DNA from: Emiliania huxleyi CCMP1516 | Lineage: Eukaryota | Assembly: GCF_000372725.1 (NCBI RefSeq) | Contig: NW_005201360.1 | Coordinates: 270,881 to 334,880, forward strand | Length of the DNA: 64,000 nucleotides | Reading direction: 5' to 3' | Part shown: positions 51,024 to 64,000 of the stretch, piece after piece | Numbering within the stretch: the stretch's first letter is position 1 | Layout of the letters: each line of letters starts with the position of its first letter | Notes under the pieces: model-generated | Seen by the model: only the letters and a program-made list of their open reading frames with translations | The model's database searches: none | Told to the model about the DNA's origin: nothing | Position numbers and translations under genes: made by a program

Positions 51024-51598
51024 CTAGGCAGCAGCTCGGCGGGTGGGCGCTCGGCTGCTCGGCGGGCGGTGGACTGGCGCCGGGACACCAGCAGCCGCTG
51101 TTGAAAGAGAATTTTCACCTGTCGCGCGTTCGATCAAAGAATTACTGAAGGTCGACGCTTCGGCCGGCCGGGGCGCGCGCGGGGGCGGCGGGTTTGCGGG
51201 TCGTCTGTGGGCACGAGAGTGATGTGTCATGTGTGTGTCCGCCTTGGGCTTGGCCCTTGCGTTTGTCCCATAACATCGACTTGGGCTCGGCAGCTTGTCA
51301 ACTACCAGCCGAAGCCGGAGTCGGATTCTCTTCTAACATCGAAGGCTAGCTCAAAAAATCTTCAAGTGTTTTCTGTAGAGATCGCAAGACCAAGAGAGAA
51401 GAGAGATCGCCAGTGGAGTACAGGAAGTCCACTGCTGGTTTGCGGACGCGGCTGATCTTGGAGATGAAGCTTTTCCTTCTTTGCAACCTTTCCTTCGCTT
51501 AGAGTTAGTTAACCCTGCCCAGCGCCTCTCCTTGTCGCGATGCGCTCCCCACTCCCGTTCACCTGTCCCCCTATCCTTCCAAGCAAGACCCTTGCTCT

Positions 51599-52076
51599 CT
51601 TAGGGTACCCCTAGGGTTCTGAGGGCCGGATTTTTTTAAGACCTTTTAAGAAATGAGGAGATTTGGGGGCTGAAATTGCCATTAAGAGATTGCAGGCACG
51701 GGGGGATCCCTCTTCTAAGACCGTTCAAGAAAATCGGCCTCACCGGCCATGCGTCGGCTGGGTTCCGCGCCGTTTTCTCCAATACCGCCGTTATTAGGCA
51801 CAAACAAAACCGCCTCTGAAGACACATCTGTAAGCCATACTCGCATAGGGGGCGCGTGCTAGCTGACTGTAGCCAGCTTCCCGGCCTCCGGCGTCTACCG
51901 GGAGCCTCCCGGACCATCGACCTCGGGAGCTCTCCCCCGCACCGTTTAAGCGTTTTAAGACACCGTTTAAGGAATCGGCGGCCCAGCAGCTCTTAAAACC
52001 TGCCCGGGCAGGTTTTAAGCCGTTTAAGCCGCAGGTGCCCCAGGGCCCACCCTTTTAAGCCTAGGGGTACCCTAAG
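51599..52076. mobile_element. MITE, 478 bp, 17-bp perfect TIR, 8-bp TSD
   Basis: TIR CTTAGGGTACCCCTAGG (51599-51615) / CCTAGGGGTACCCTAAG (52060-52076); TSD CTTGCTCT at 51591-51598 and 52077-52084; many internal TTAAG motifs. Confidence 0.92.
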
Positions 52077-52084
52077 CTTGCTCT

Positions 52085-52500
52085 GCAAGGCCTGCCAGGA
52101 GAAGCGAAGCGCCGCCCAACCAGGTGCTGCAGCGGGTCCGACGGAGGGTGTGGTGGCGACACGCACGCGCCGCCCGGACCCCCGGACTCCCCACGCCGAT
52201 ATCGGACGCGCGAAAGATGAGCGGGTAGCGGCTCGAGTAGGCGGGCGTGCTCGAACTCAGCGAGGGACACCCCGGAGAAGGGCTTGTCAAGAGACGTGGA
52301 CGACTTGACCTCGACGCACAACCGCTACAGTCCGCGTGTTGGGTCTCCAGAGCGTCGTGAGATGCTGCGCGCATTTCACGATATTACAGTAATATTTATC
52401 AGCCACTCGATCCCGCGTTCCCGCCGCAAGGCAAGGTCCGCGCTCGTGAGGTCGTACCGCTCGCCCCGCTCGTTGACCCAGTTGACACGTGCATTGTAAG
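52085..52500 (-). pseudogene. Fragment resembling the DUF3883/NO VEIN C-terminal PD-(D/E)XK-like domain
   Basis: RVNWVNERGERYDL...LCVEVKSSTSLDKPFSGVSLAEFEHAR...DPLQHL in one frame, interrupted by stops or an intron and cut at the 3' end by the MITE. Confidence 0.45.
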
Positions 52501-52644
52501 TTCCGACACACCTTGGCAGCCGACGGTGCGTTAGGAGCTCCTCGTTTACTGTATCCGAAAAGTCAAAATAGCTCGCAGAGCGAGCACACAAACCTCAAAC
52601 AGCTGCCGCTGGCCGATGTGCCGGATCGGAAAACGCGCGACATC

Positions 52645-53645
52645 TCACACGTATGTTGCGAGCACGGCCATCGCGCCGAGGCCGCAAAAGGCTGCGCACA
52701 CCTTTGGCAGGGCGAGGGTCCCGCCGCTCTCGGCGCTGTGCTCGTTGTGAGCAAGCTCATCGGCGAGGATCTCGACAGCGCCCATGTGCAGAAAAGTGCC
52801 TGCCGCGAGCGCCGTGAAGGCCGCGGGCAGCGGCCTGCGCGGAAGAGGTGCAACAGGCTCGGCGCTCGGCACGCGTCAGGCGTGCGCGGGCAAACGCCGC
52901 ACCCGTCGGGGTCGGCGGCGGCGGCGATCTGGCGGCCGAAGAGGATCCCGCCGGGAGTGAGCAGCGCAAAAGTGACGATGACAGCGCTTGCCCTGGCCGC
53001 CGCTATCGGCCTCCCTCCAACCCTGGCGCGGGAGACTGAGGTGCCGAGCGCAAATGCGGCGAATGCCTTGTGGGCGCCGACCGCAAGCATCATAGACCGA
53101 GCGTCGGCAACCACACCCATCGCGATGCCCTCAAAGGACGCGTGAAGCCCAAAAGCGGCTACTGTGGCGAGCGCCGAGACGGAGGAGGTTGCGCTCCCTA
53201 CTCCGACTAGGTATGATGGCCTGCGGTGACCCGCCTCGCAATCCTCTTCGTCCGAGGGCTCCTCCTCGTCCGATTCGTGTGCCTGTCTCGGGCGGCCGCC
53301 GCCGCAGCCGCAGCTGGCTAGCCCCAACTCTGCAGCAATCAGGCAGAGCAGGGCTGAGGCGCAGAGGAGGAACGAGGCCGGGAAGGGCCTCTCGTCCCCA
53401 CCGTGGAGGCGGCGCAACCCGTGCCGTCCGGCAACGATCGCATCGAGCTCGGTGGCCTCGGGGAGGAGGTGCAGCAGAGAGGCGCCAACGAGGAGCCCGC
53501 CAGAGAAGCAGGCGCCGACCGAGAGGAGCGCGGCGCGCCCGACTTCGGACATGCAGAGCACCTCACGCATTGCGAGCGGGAGTAACCCGCCAAGGAGTGC
53601 GAGCACAAAGAGAGCGAAGGCCGCGACGAGGTGGTTCATGTACAT
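52645..53645 (-). CDS. ZIP (ZRT/IRT) metal transporter, two exons
   Basis: ACFSGGLLVGASLLHLLPEA, LHASFEGIAMG, AHKAFAAFALG, FALLTPGGI, ALAAGTFLHMGAVEIL. Confidence 0.92.
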
Positions 53646-53702
53646 TCGGGACCTGCACTGTGTTGAACTTGCGTGAGGACGCACGATGCCCATGCACTCG
53701 AA

Positions 53703-54905
53703 ATGGGACATGGCGTGGCGAGTGCATGGCCAGCCATCTTCAACGACCCGGCGAGTCTGCGGAGGAAGGTAGCAGTCGATCCAGCGCTTCGGTCAATGGT
53801 GACACCATGGAATGGCCATAGAGATCACTGCGTGGAAGCGGGAGCCGCGTCTCCACGTCCTCCAGACGCCGCTACCTCGCTGCTCCAGACGCCTCTCCCT
53901 CGGTGTGGCCTCGTCGCATTTTACCACCTCCCAAAGGCCTCCGGGTCCTCGCTGGAGTGCTTTCTCGGTGCGCAGCCAGAGTTCGCGTGCTGCCTACGTG
54001 GGACATGCGGCTACTGCCGGACGTGGAAGAAGCGCAGCCCCAACGATTGGCCGCACTGGTGTCAGCACCGTGGATTGATACCAGAGCAGATGTGGAAGCA
54101 CTTTGAGCGGGTAAATAATCGGTCCGACAAAAAGGGACCCGCAACTTTCTTGTTGCCAGACGACCTCTTGCGATGGGACAATGCGATGTTGTATCGGCTC
54201 AACTTCCGGGTGACTGTCTCCTTCCACAGCGGCCCCGTGGGCGATGTGCCCGGCATGCACACGAGGGCGAGCTCGGCTTTGCGCTTTGCATTCTTGCGAG
54301 ATCGCGTCTTTGCGAAGAGAGGATGCACCCTCGTCCTTGCCACCTTGCTCAGACACCCTGTTGCGCAGCTCATCTCCGCCTGGGAATACGTGCACGGCAG
54401 ACCCAACGGCCGTGCAATCTCCCTCGTAGATTTTGCCGTGCAGCACCGAGGCTCACTTCTCGGCATATGGCCGACTCTGTTTCGACATTTCGACGAGACG
54501 TTCGGCGCGCATCAATATGGCCAGACCGCAATGACGAGTGCCTTGGGAACCTACGCAGCGCGGACAGCTAGTGCAGCGAACCCATCCGCGACTCTTAATC
54601 CATTGCTCGATCTGTTCGATGTTGTGGGCCACGTCGAACGCTTTGACGAGAGCCTCTTGCTGCTGATTGATGCAGCCGGACTGCAGGAGCCGCGCGCTTG
54701 CGCCCGGCCGATCAACGTGCAGTCGTGCGATGGCGCCTGCCCGACGAATGCGAGCAGGTGGGACGCCGTGGCTGCGGCTGTGCCAAAGCTGGTCGAGTGG
54801 TACGCGTCGCGGCTTACCAGCTTTGATGCCAGTATCGCGGACAAGGGCGACCGATTCCGAGCGCGCGTGCGGCTGCTCTCGGAGCTGCGGTCAGCGGAGA
54901 ACTAG
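53703..54905 (+). CDS. Sulfotransferase-family protein, intronless
   Basis: 5'-PSB-like FYHLPKASGSS; 3'-PB-like TLLRHPVAQLISAWEY; FDVVGHVERFDESLLLL. Confidence 0.8.
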   Translation: MGHGVASAWPAIFNDPASLRRKVAVDPALRSMVTPWNGHRDHCVEAGAASPRPPDAATSLLQTPLPRCGLVAFYHLPKASGSSLECFLGAQPEFACCLRGTCGYCRTWKKRSPNDWPHWCQHRGLIPEQMWKHFERVNNRSDKKGPATFLLPDDLLRWDNAMLYRLNFRVTVSFHSGPVGDVPGMHTRASSALRFAFLRDRVFAKRGCTLVLATLLRHPVAQLISAWEYVHGRPNGRAISLVDFAVQHRGSLLGIWPTLFRHFDETFGAHQYGQTAMTSALGTYAARTASAANPSATLNPLLDLFDVVGHVERFDESLLLLIDAAGLQEPRACARPINVQSCDGACPTNASRWDAVAAAVPKLVEWYASRLTSFDASIADKGDRFRARVRLLSELRSAEN

Positions 54906-55668
54906 CATAGCGCCGTGGATTCGTGAGTCGGCCTTGGCGGCGTGTCGTCGCTGTGGCGGCCAGGCGGCTGGAGAACAGAGGACCACAGCCTCATCCGCAC
55001 CGCCGACGGCGCTGTCCATGTTTGGGGCGAGGGTGCTCACGGCTGCCTAGGCCATGGAGAGGACCTGTCGACGAACTAGCTGCTCTTGGGGAGGCCCCCG
55101 CAACCCCCGGCCACACCACCCCCCAGATCCCACACAATAATCAATATCAACGTAATATCTAATCTAATATGACGTGAAAGGCGGTTAGCATTAGGCGAGG
55201 GGTCGCTCGAGAGCAAGTCGACGGGACAAACGGTGTGTGGCGTGTGTGCCGGGCGCGCGCGGGTGCCCCGCACCGCCGCCCCCCTAGTAAGAGCCGTGCT
55301 AGCTGCTACTCTTACCGGCCGGTAGGCTTTCACTTACACACCACATGAATGTCAATGAATGTCACACACTGCCGCTGCGCGGATACGGCAGCATGAGCGA
55401 AACTCGCGCGTAGTGCGGCTATAAACGGATACCTTCTCGTCATTCCCCTCAACTCGACGCCACCGTGGCGACGGCTCCAGGGGCAGTGTAGGAGGAGAGC
55501 GTGAGGCGAGCGGCGCCGGCGCGACGGCCTCTCCGCCCCTCCTCTCCTCGCGGCTCGCCCCTGCCGCAGCTGCCGCGCACAACGGAGGCCGGCGGGGCGA
55601 ATTGTGGCGCCGAGCCGGCGCCGCGCCCCGCCCGCTGCCCGAGCGACCCTGCGCCGCCGCACTGCGCC

Positions 55669-57524
55669 TCAGTGGCCGATGAGGCCGGTGTGGCGGTAGG
55701 TTGACGAGTAGCGCATCACCTGCAGACACGTGCCAGGCCTCGTGAACTTTGTGTGCCGAGGTGCGGCCAAGGAGCGACCGGGGTGCGGCCGAGGAGCGGC
55801 CGAGGTGCGGCCGAGGTTGCTCGGCAGATCTCGGGCCCGTCTCGCCTTCTTGTTGTAGCCGTGCTCCTCCGGGTCCTCGGGCTGCTCGAGCTTCTTCAGA
55901 AACTCGCGCGGGTGCGTCCCCTCCGGCACCTGCAGCAAGGCTCCGAGACACTGTTCGGGAGAGCATCTTGAGCAACGCGCGTCCCCCTCGGGCACCTCGC
56001 CAACCTCGGCTCCCCTCGGCGCCTCTCGGCGCCTCTAGACTCCTCTGGGCTCCTGTCGCATCTCGGCCCATCTCGGCTCCTCTCCGGGCACCGCTCCGCC
56101 GCCGGTCATCACGACGGGCTGCTTTGGCTCGCCGTTGATGTTGCCTTGCTCGGAGATGAGCTTGAGCAAGTCAAAGCCGTACACCACCTAACCTCGGGCT
56201 CACCTCGGGCTCACCTCGGGCTCACCTCGGCTCACCTCGGGGCATCTAGGCTCCTCTCGGGTCGCCTCGGGCCGTCTCGGCTCATCACGGCTCCTCTCGG
56301 GGCCTCTCGAGCCTGAGCAGCCACCGGGCCGTCTCACGTCATCGTCAGATCTCGGCGTGATCTCGGCGTGATCTCGCCTTGCCGAAGACGGCGTGCCAGC
56401 CGTCGAGCTCCTCCATCTTTCGGAAGGTGACCTGAGGAATGAGTCAGGACTGGCGTGTGGCTGAGTGAGGCGAGCTCCTCCAGCGTTCGAAAGGCGAGCC
56501 AAGGCAGATGAAGGCCCGACGTCTCCGCGTGATCTCGGCGTGATCTCGGCGAGAGGCGCACGTGGAAGCGCGGCGTGCGGCCGTCGACGAGGGAGAGGAT
56601 GCCCGGGTTGAGGTGCGGCAGCTGCCACTTCGCCTAGTGAGCATGTCCCGGACACGTCCTGGACCCGTCCCGGACACGGGCGGAATCGCGGCTGCCGCCA
56701 CTCTGCCTCGCCCATCACGCTCTGCCGCACGAAGGCGGTGTGGTCCTGTCGCATCGACCCCTCGAGCCGCGTGTCGCGATCGCCTGCACGGAGGCGGCTC
56801 CGAGTGGGGGCAGGGAAGGGCCGAGAAGAGGCGAGAGGCTCCGAGAAGGTGCAGGGAAGACCCCTCACCTCGGCCGCACCTCGGCCGCACCTCGGCCACA
56901 CCTCGGCCACACCTCGGCCGCCCCTCGCCTCGGCCACACCTCGGCCACACCTCGGCCACACCTCGGCCACACCTCGGCCACACCTCGGCCACACCTCGGC
57001 CATCTCCCGGCCACCTCCCGGCTACCCCTCTCGCCTGCCACCAGGTAGTCTCCCGGCATGATCTTTGACACCAGCGACGCCCTGCGGCAGCTCGGCTCGA
57101 GGCGGTCGGGGGCCGGGCTCGGGGGCTGGGATGGGCGCCGCCAGGGTCAGGGCAGAGGTGCAGGGCCAGAGCTGGGGCCGGTGCAGGGCTGGCGGGGCTG
57201 CCTGTAGGTGGGCTCGTGCTGCGACTCGAGCAGTTCGACAAAGCGGCCGACTGTGCGCGGCATCAGGTCGTGGAAGAGCTCGACAACGAGGCGGCCACGG
57301 GTGATCTGCGGATCGCGGCCCATCTGACGCCCAATCTCAAAGTCCATGTAGCAGTGCCGCGCTGCCGGGGTCGGATCTTCCTCGATGCATGCGCGCGCGC
57401 GCAGCGCGTCTAGCCGGCGCTGCTTGGCGGAGTTCTCCTCCTCGAGCTTCTCGCGCTCGTCCAGCTCCGATTGCAGCTCCTTCCAGGCGTCCTTGCGCGG
57501 CCGCTTCTTGGTCGAGAAGTTCAT
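55669..57524 (-). CDS. Divergent cyclophilin-type protein with N-terminal charged extension, multi-exon
   Basis: CYMDFEIG...GRLVVELFHDLMPRTVGRFVELL, YRASLVSKIMPG, HLNPGILS, LDGWHAVFGKVVYGFD, GEPKQPVV. Confidence 0.85.
56877..57001. repeat. Intronic 11-bp minisatellite (CACACCTCGGC)n
   Basis: Read directly, inside a cyclophilin intron. Confidence 0.9.
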
Positions 57525-57550
57525 GACGCGCGCACACTCTGCGCCAGCAC

Positions 57551-57712
57551 CCTGGGTTCCAACTTTTTGCGGGGTATGGTACGGTACATCCTGACCGCCC
57601 ATCCCCGGTCTCCGGGAGGCTGGGTCTGTCAGCAGGCGGGGTATGGTCTTGAGGTGGGTTGCGTGAGCCTACCATACCATAGTCCATACCCCGCAAAAAG
57701 TCCGAACCCTGG
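57551..57712. mobile_element. Short inverted-repeat element (MITE-like relic)
   Basis: Perfect 18-bp IR ACTTTTTGCGGGGTATGG (57562-57579) / CCATACCCCGCAAAAAGT (57684-57701), extendable imperfectly to CC(T/A)GGGTTC ends; no TSD found. Confidence 0.6.
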
Positions 57713-57891
57713 AGCCTGGTGCGTGGTGGGGGGCAAGAAAAGAATTTTTGCGGGCGAACACACACGCACTTGCCTTCGGGCCAATCCGCTAGGTTGGGCG
57801 TGCTTTCACAGCCTCACGAGAGTACTCTCAAGTTTGCACGCCGCGACACCAGTTCTTACTTCGCAGAGGGTCATCTGCAGCGAAGAGTCAC

Positions 57892-59040
57892 TCACGTCTC
57901 ACGAAGCTCGGTGGATGGGAAGTGCCCGTGCTCCGGCCCCGCGCCGTCGATCGTGACGCCCGAGAGCGTCACGCGCCGCGGCGGGCCGCCTGGCTCCTCC
58001 GGTGGCAGAAAGTTGATGCCCTCGAGCTGCGACGAGGCGGGAACGTACCGGACGCTGTAGCGTGCGACCGGCGTGCCGCCCTCCGAGGTGTGAGGGTCGC
58101 CGCGGTGGAAAATGAAGCGCGTGTGGATGATCGCGTCGCCCGGCTGAAGGGCCGGGCACTCCTTGATCGCCTCGAGCGCGGCGTGGCTGTCGGGACTCAG
58201 GCTCTGCATCTCGCAGGTCTGAGGCGCCTGCCGGCAGCTGGAGGCGTGAAGAGACGCCGTTCACGCCCGAGGCGGGCTCTCATCTCACAGGTCGGGTTTT
58301 GGGCAGATATGCATCTCGGCGCATCTCGGCGCATCTCGGCTAATCTTTCCTCGCCCGGCGGAGCAATGACCGCGCGCTGCGGCAGAAAGTCGGGCCGGTG
58401 CGAGCCGGGAGCATAGGCCAAGCCGCCGCCCGCCCCCGCATCCACCGCGTCCAGCGCGACCCACACGTTGACGCCAGGCCCGGGGCCGTCTCGCTTGGTC
58501 GGCCAGAAGAAGAAGTCGTCCACGTGCCTATAGTGGAAGCCCGAGGACGTGTCTCGGAAGTGTCTTCTGAGCTGGGCGGGGCGGACGACGAGCGCGCCAG
58601 CCGCAGCCGCGCTTGCCGGGAGAGAGGGAGAAGAAGCCGTCGCGAAGCACGTGGAGAGGCTTGCCGCGCCCGGCGCCACGCACCTCATCCGGCGTCAGTT
58701 GCTCGGCAGCGGCCGCGAGCGGCGAGCGGAGCGCCACATCGAGGAAGCAGGCGTGCTCGCGCCACGCCTCCGTCTTGACTGTGCCGTATGTCTCCGCGTT
58801 GGGCATCATGGTGCCGACACTTCGGCGCACTGCAAGCACTCGGTCGAGGAGATCGCCCTGCAGCAACCCACGCACAAGCACGACGCCACTCTCGTAGAAC
58901 TCTGCGACCTGCTCCCGGCTGAGCGGACCCTCGCGGGCGAGGTCGGCCTCGGACGGAGCGTGGAGCTCGTGGCCGGCGGCGAGCGACGATGCGGACGCAA
59001 CGGCGAACTTGTCGAGAGGCGGCGTCGCGGCCCTACACAT
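57892..59040 (-). CDS. Phytanoyl-CoA dioxygenase (PhyH) family 2OG-Fe(II) oxygenase, multi-exon
   Basis: LSREQVAEFYESGVVLVRGLL, GWHVD, VNVWVALD...GGGLAYAPGSH, LQPGDAIIH..FIFHRG, RYSVRY. Confidence 0.9.
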
Positions 59041-59347
59041 ATCGTCCACGGGAAGCGGAAGCAGTCGGAGGTCGCGGAAGTCGCCGGAACGAGACAAGAA
59101 AACACGTTTGAACCAATCTTAACCATTTTATTCTCTTTTGCTACATGTATTCTAGCATGCATTGCTAAATCTCTCTCTCTCGTCGGAATGTGAGACCCAC
59201 ACACCAAAATCAAGAGAGAGAGAGCTTCCAAGAATCTCTCTCCAAAATCAACACGCCCGTCAGCCCGGACGTGCCTGCGGGCGGACGGCAACGCTTGCCA
59301 CTCTCCCCGTGTTCACGCGCTTGGCTGCCGAGAGCACTTTCAAAGCG

Positions 59348-60216
59348 TCACTGTGCGGCGCGAGCGGCGGCGGCGAGCTTGTTGAGGTTGCCGCGGTTGC
59401 GCCTGCCCGCCTTGGTCATGAGGGGCACCATCTCCCGGCCTTCCCAGCGCCACACGCCGCCACGGTGGGAGGTGAGCAGCGAGGCGGTCGGCGCCGAGAG
59501 GCCGAGCGCCTCGCCCGTCACCGAGGCGCTGCGCCGCGATGGCTCGAAGCGGAAGACGAGCGAGGGCTGGAGGAGAGCGGTGGCGAGGGAGAGGAGGTTC
59601 GTGCTCAGCGATGCCGCTAGGGCAGCCAGCCCGCTCTCTGAGGAGAGCCCGCCGGCCCCGCCCGTGGCTCCAGACCACGCGACTGCGGCACCTTTGAGCG
59701 GGCAGCGGGCGATGCGCGTCCCTTCATCCCACGAGCAGTGCGAGGTGTCGTAAAGCATCAGCGGGGAGCCCAGCCCAGCGACGTGAAATACTCCCAGGAA
59801 GGGCAGGCCAGGCGGCGACCCGCCCTGCAGGCTGCTCACGGGAAGCGTACCCGGCTCAACTACGACCAGCGACGGCGCACACAGCCAGAGCATCGCCACG
59901 AGCAGCAAGGCCGGGTGAGCCGTCGCCAGGTGGAATGCCTGCTCGTGGGGTCGCAGTGACCAGCAGGTGCGGCCCGAGTAGCGGCTCTCCCAGTAGTCCC
60001 GCGACACCTGCGCGCACGAGGCTCGGGTGGAGCGAAAGTGTAGCACTGAGCGAAAGTGTAGCACTGGCGCAGAGATTGAGGACGCCTCACCGCATAATTT
60101 CTCCGCTTTGTCCAACCGAGGCCCAGCGCGAGGAAGAAGCGTTGGGTAACGTGGTGCCCGACCGCGATGAGGCCGGCAGTAGCGATCGCGACGAGGCCGG
60201 CTGCTGGGAACAGCAT
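59348..60216 (-). CDS. Hypothetical membrane or secreted protein, two exons
   Basis: Hydrophobic N-terminus MLFPAAGLVAIATAGLIAVG, GT...AG intron, long GC3-rich second exon ending in TGA at 59348. Confidence 0.55.
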
Positions 60217-60514
60217 CGAGCTGTGTGTGTGTGCGAACCCTCTCCGTTTCGGAATCGTAGATAAAGAATTCGCCGCGGGCCGATCCCTCCTTTGCCGTCC
60301 TCCCTCGAGTTGTTTGTTTTCTTTCTTTCTTTCCCTCCTTTCCTCAGCATTTCTTTCTTTCTTTCTTTCTGGTACTGTGGGAAAGAAAGAAAAGGAGCCG
60401 GACGGGTAATGGAAACAAGCAGGGAACCTCCGGGAGAAGGAGAAAGAAAGAAAAGAAGAAAGAGAAAGACACCAGCCAACGGAGCGATGGGATAAATAAA
60501 TAAATAACACGGGC

Positions 60515-60855
60515 ACGCCAAACGAGGGGTGGGAGAAGGACAGGGTCCCCACCTGCACGAGCAGGATCTTGTAAGGACGATCAGGGACACAGGGGAACGG
60601 GAGCGGGGAGCGCGATGGGAGCATGGCACTCCGCGAAGTCGCGCGTTTCTTACAGCTAGTGCGCGCCAGTCCCGTGCCCAGTGTAAAAAAGAAAGAAAGA
60701 AAGAAAACAGACACGCCAAACGAGGGATGGGACGAGGACAGGGTCCCCACCTGCACGAGCAGGATTTTGGAAGAACGATCAGGGGGACAGGTGGGGCTCT
60801 CCTGCTCCTGACAAGGGACACGACAGGCTCGCAGCGCGGTGCGCGGTGGACTCCC
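60515..60855 (-). repeat. Dispersed repeat family A, copy 2 plus an adjacent partial copy
   Basis: 60715-60855 is the reverse complement of 4360-4503; 60515-60595 is a second partial unit (CGCCAAACGAGGG...GGACAGGGTCCCCACCTGCACGAGCAGGAT). Confidence 0.9.
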
Positions 60856-61274
60856 ACAGTGTATAAATAAATAAATACAACGGACATCCCAAGCTAGGGC
60901 TGGGTCGAGGACAGACACGTCCCCACCTTTGCAGGATTTTGCAAAAGCGAGGGGGGAGGGCGCATCGCCGCGCGGAGAGGGCTGGGCACAGGGCACAGGG
61001 GATCTCTCTCGCATAGGATATGCACTCGGCGGCACGAGGGCAAGGCTGGGCGTCCTATGTTTGTGCTCCCCCCCGGACCCCTCGCTCTCGGGCACTAACC
61101 ATCTGACCACTCATCGACGGGGCTTGGCGAGCGGCCGCGCTGCGGGGCAGGGCTGGTGAGGATGGGCTCTGGCCACTCGCCCGTGCGGTGTTGTGCGACG
61201 GAGTTTTGTCGTACAATTCTTACAGCTGCCAAGGCGCGGGAAATCTGTCACGCCTCTTCGCGCCCGAAGCACCG

Positions 61275-63820
<2,546 letters not shown>

Positions 63821-63821
63821 G

Positions 63822-63937
63822 CGAGATTCGCCGAGATGCGCAGAGATTCGCCGAGATGCGCAGAGACTCGCCGAGATGCGCAGAGACTCGCCGAGATGCG
63901 CAGAGACTCGCCGAGATGCGCCGCGACTCGCCGAGAT
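63822..63937. repeat. Intronic 10-bp minisatellite (alternating CCGAGATGCG/CAGAGACTCG)
   Basis: Read directly, inside an MCM4 intron. Confidence 0.9.
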
Positions 63938-64000
63938 TACTTTGCGCCCGCGCCCTCTCTGCAACCGTCTCCGCACCGTCTCCGAGACCCGTCTCCCACC

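Noticed and set aside
59860..61110. 416-aa minus-strand ORF
   Set aside because: Mostly read-through of repeat family A and (CTTT)n tracts; only the part from ATG 60216 looks coding.

Overview
A very GC-rich, gene-dense eukaryotic window. Short introns with mostly GC-AG junctions, 10-11 bp CCGAG/CTCGG intronic minisatellites and likely plastid-targeted proteins fit a haptophyte such as Emiliania/Gephyrocapsa huxleyi (inference). It holds about 22 protein genes, including a Nudix hydrolase, UBE2S, an organellar TyrRS, a MATH+signal peptidase I fusion, a class II HDAC with a C-terminal Stc1-like Zn finger, an ABCA transporter, NUDT9, an ER FKBP, an ankyrin+2OG-dioxygenase, a DnaJ protein, a PHD/DEK-C protein, a membrane-anchored LOV-like PAS protein, a P2X-like channel with EF-hands, a ZIP transporter, a sulfotransferase, a cyclophilin, PhyH and MCM4. 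There is also one tRNA-Leu(CAA), two non-autonomous DNA transposons with TIRs and 8-bp TSDs, and several dispersed or simple repeats. The most striking pattern is that many introns begin or end with a near-exact copy of the adjacent exon, at a range of divergences, suggesting ongoing intron gain by local duplication. Exon structures were spliced by eye and are approximate.
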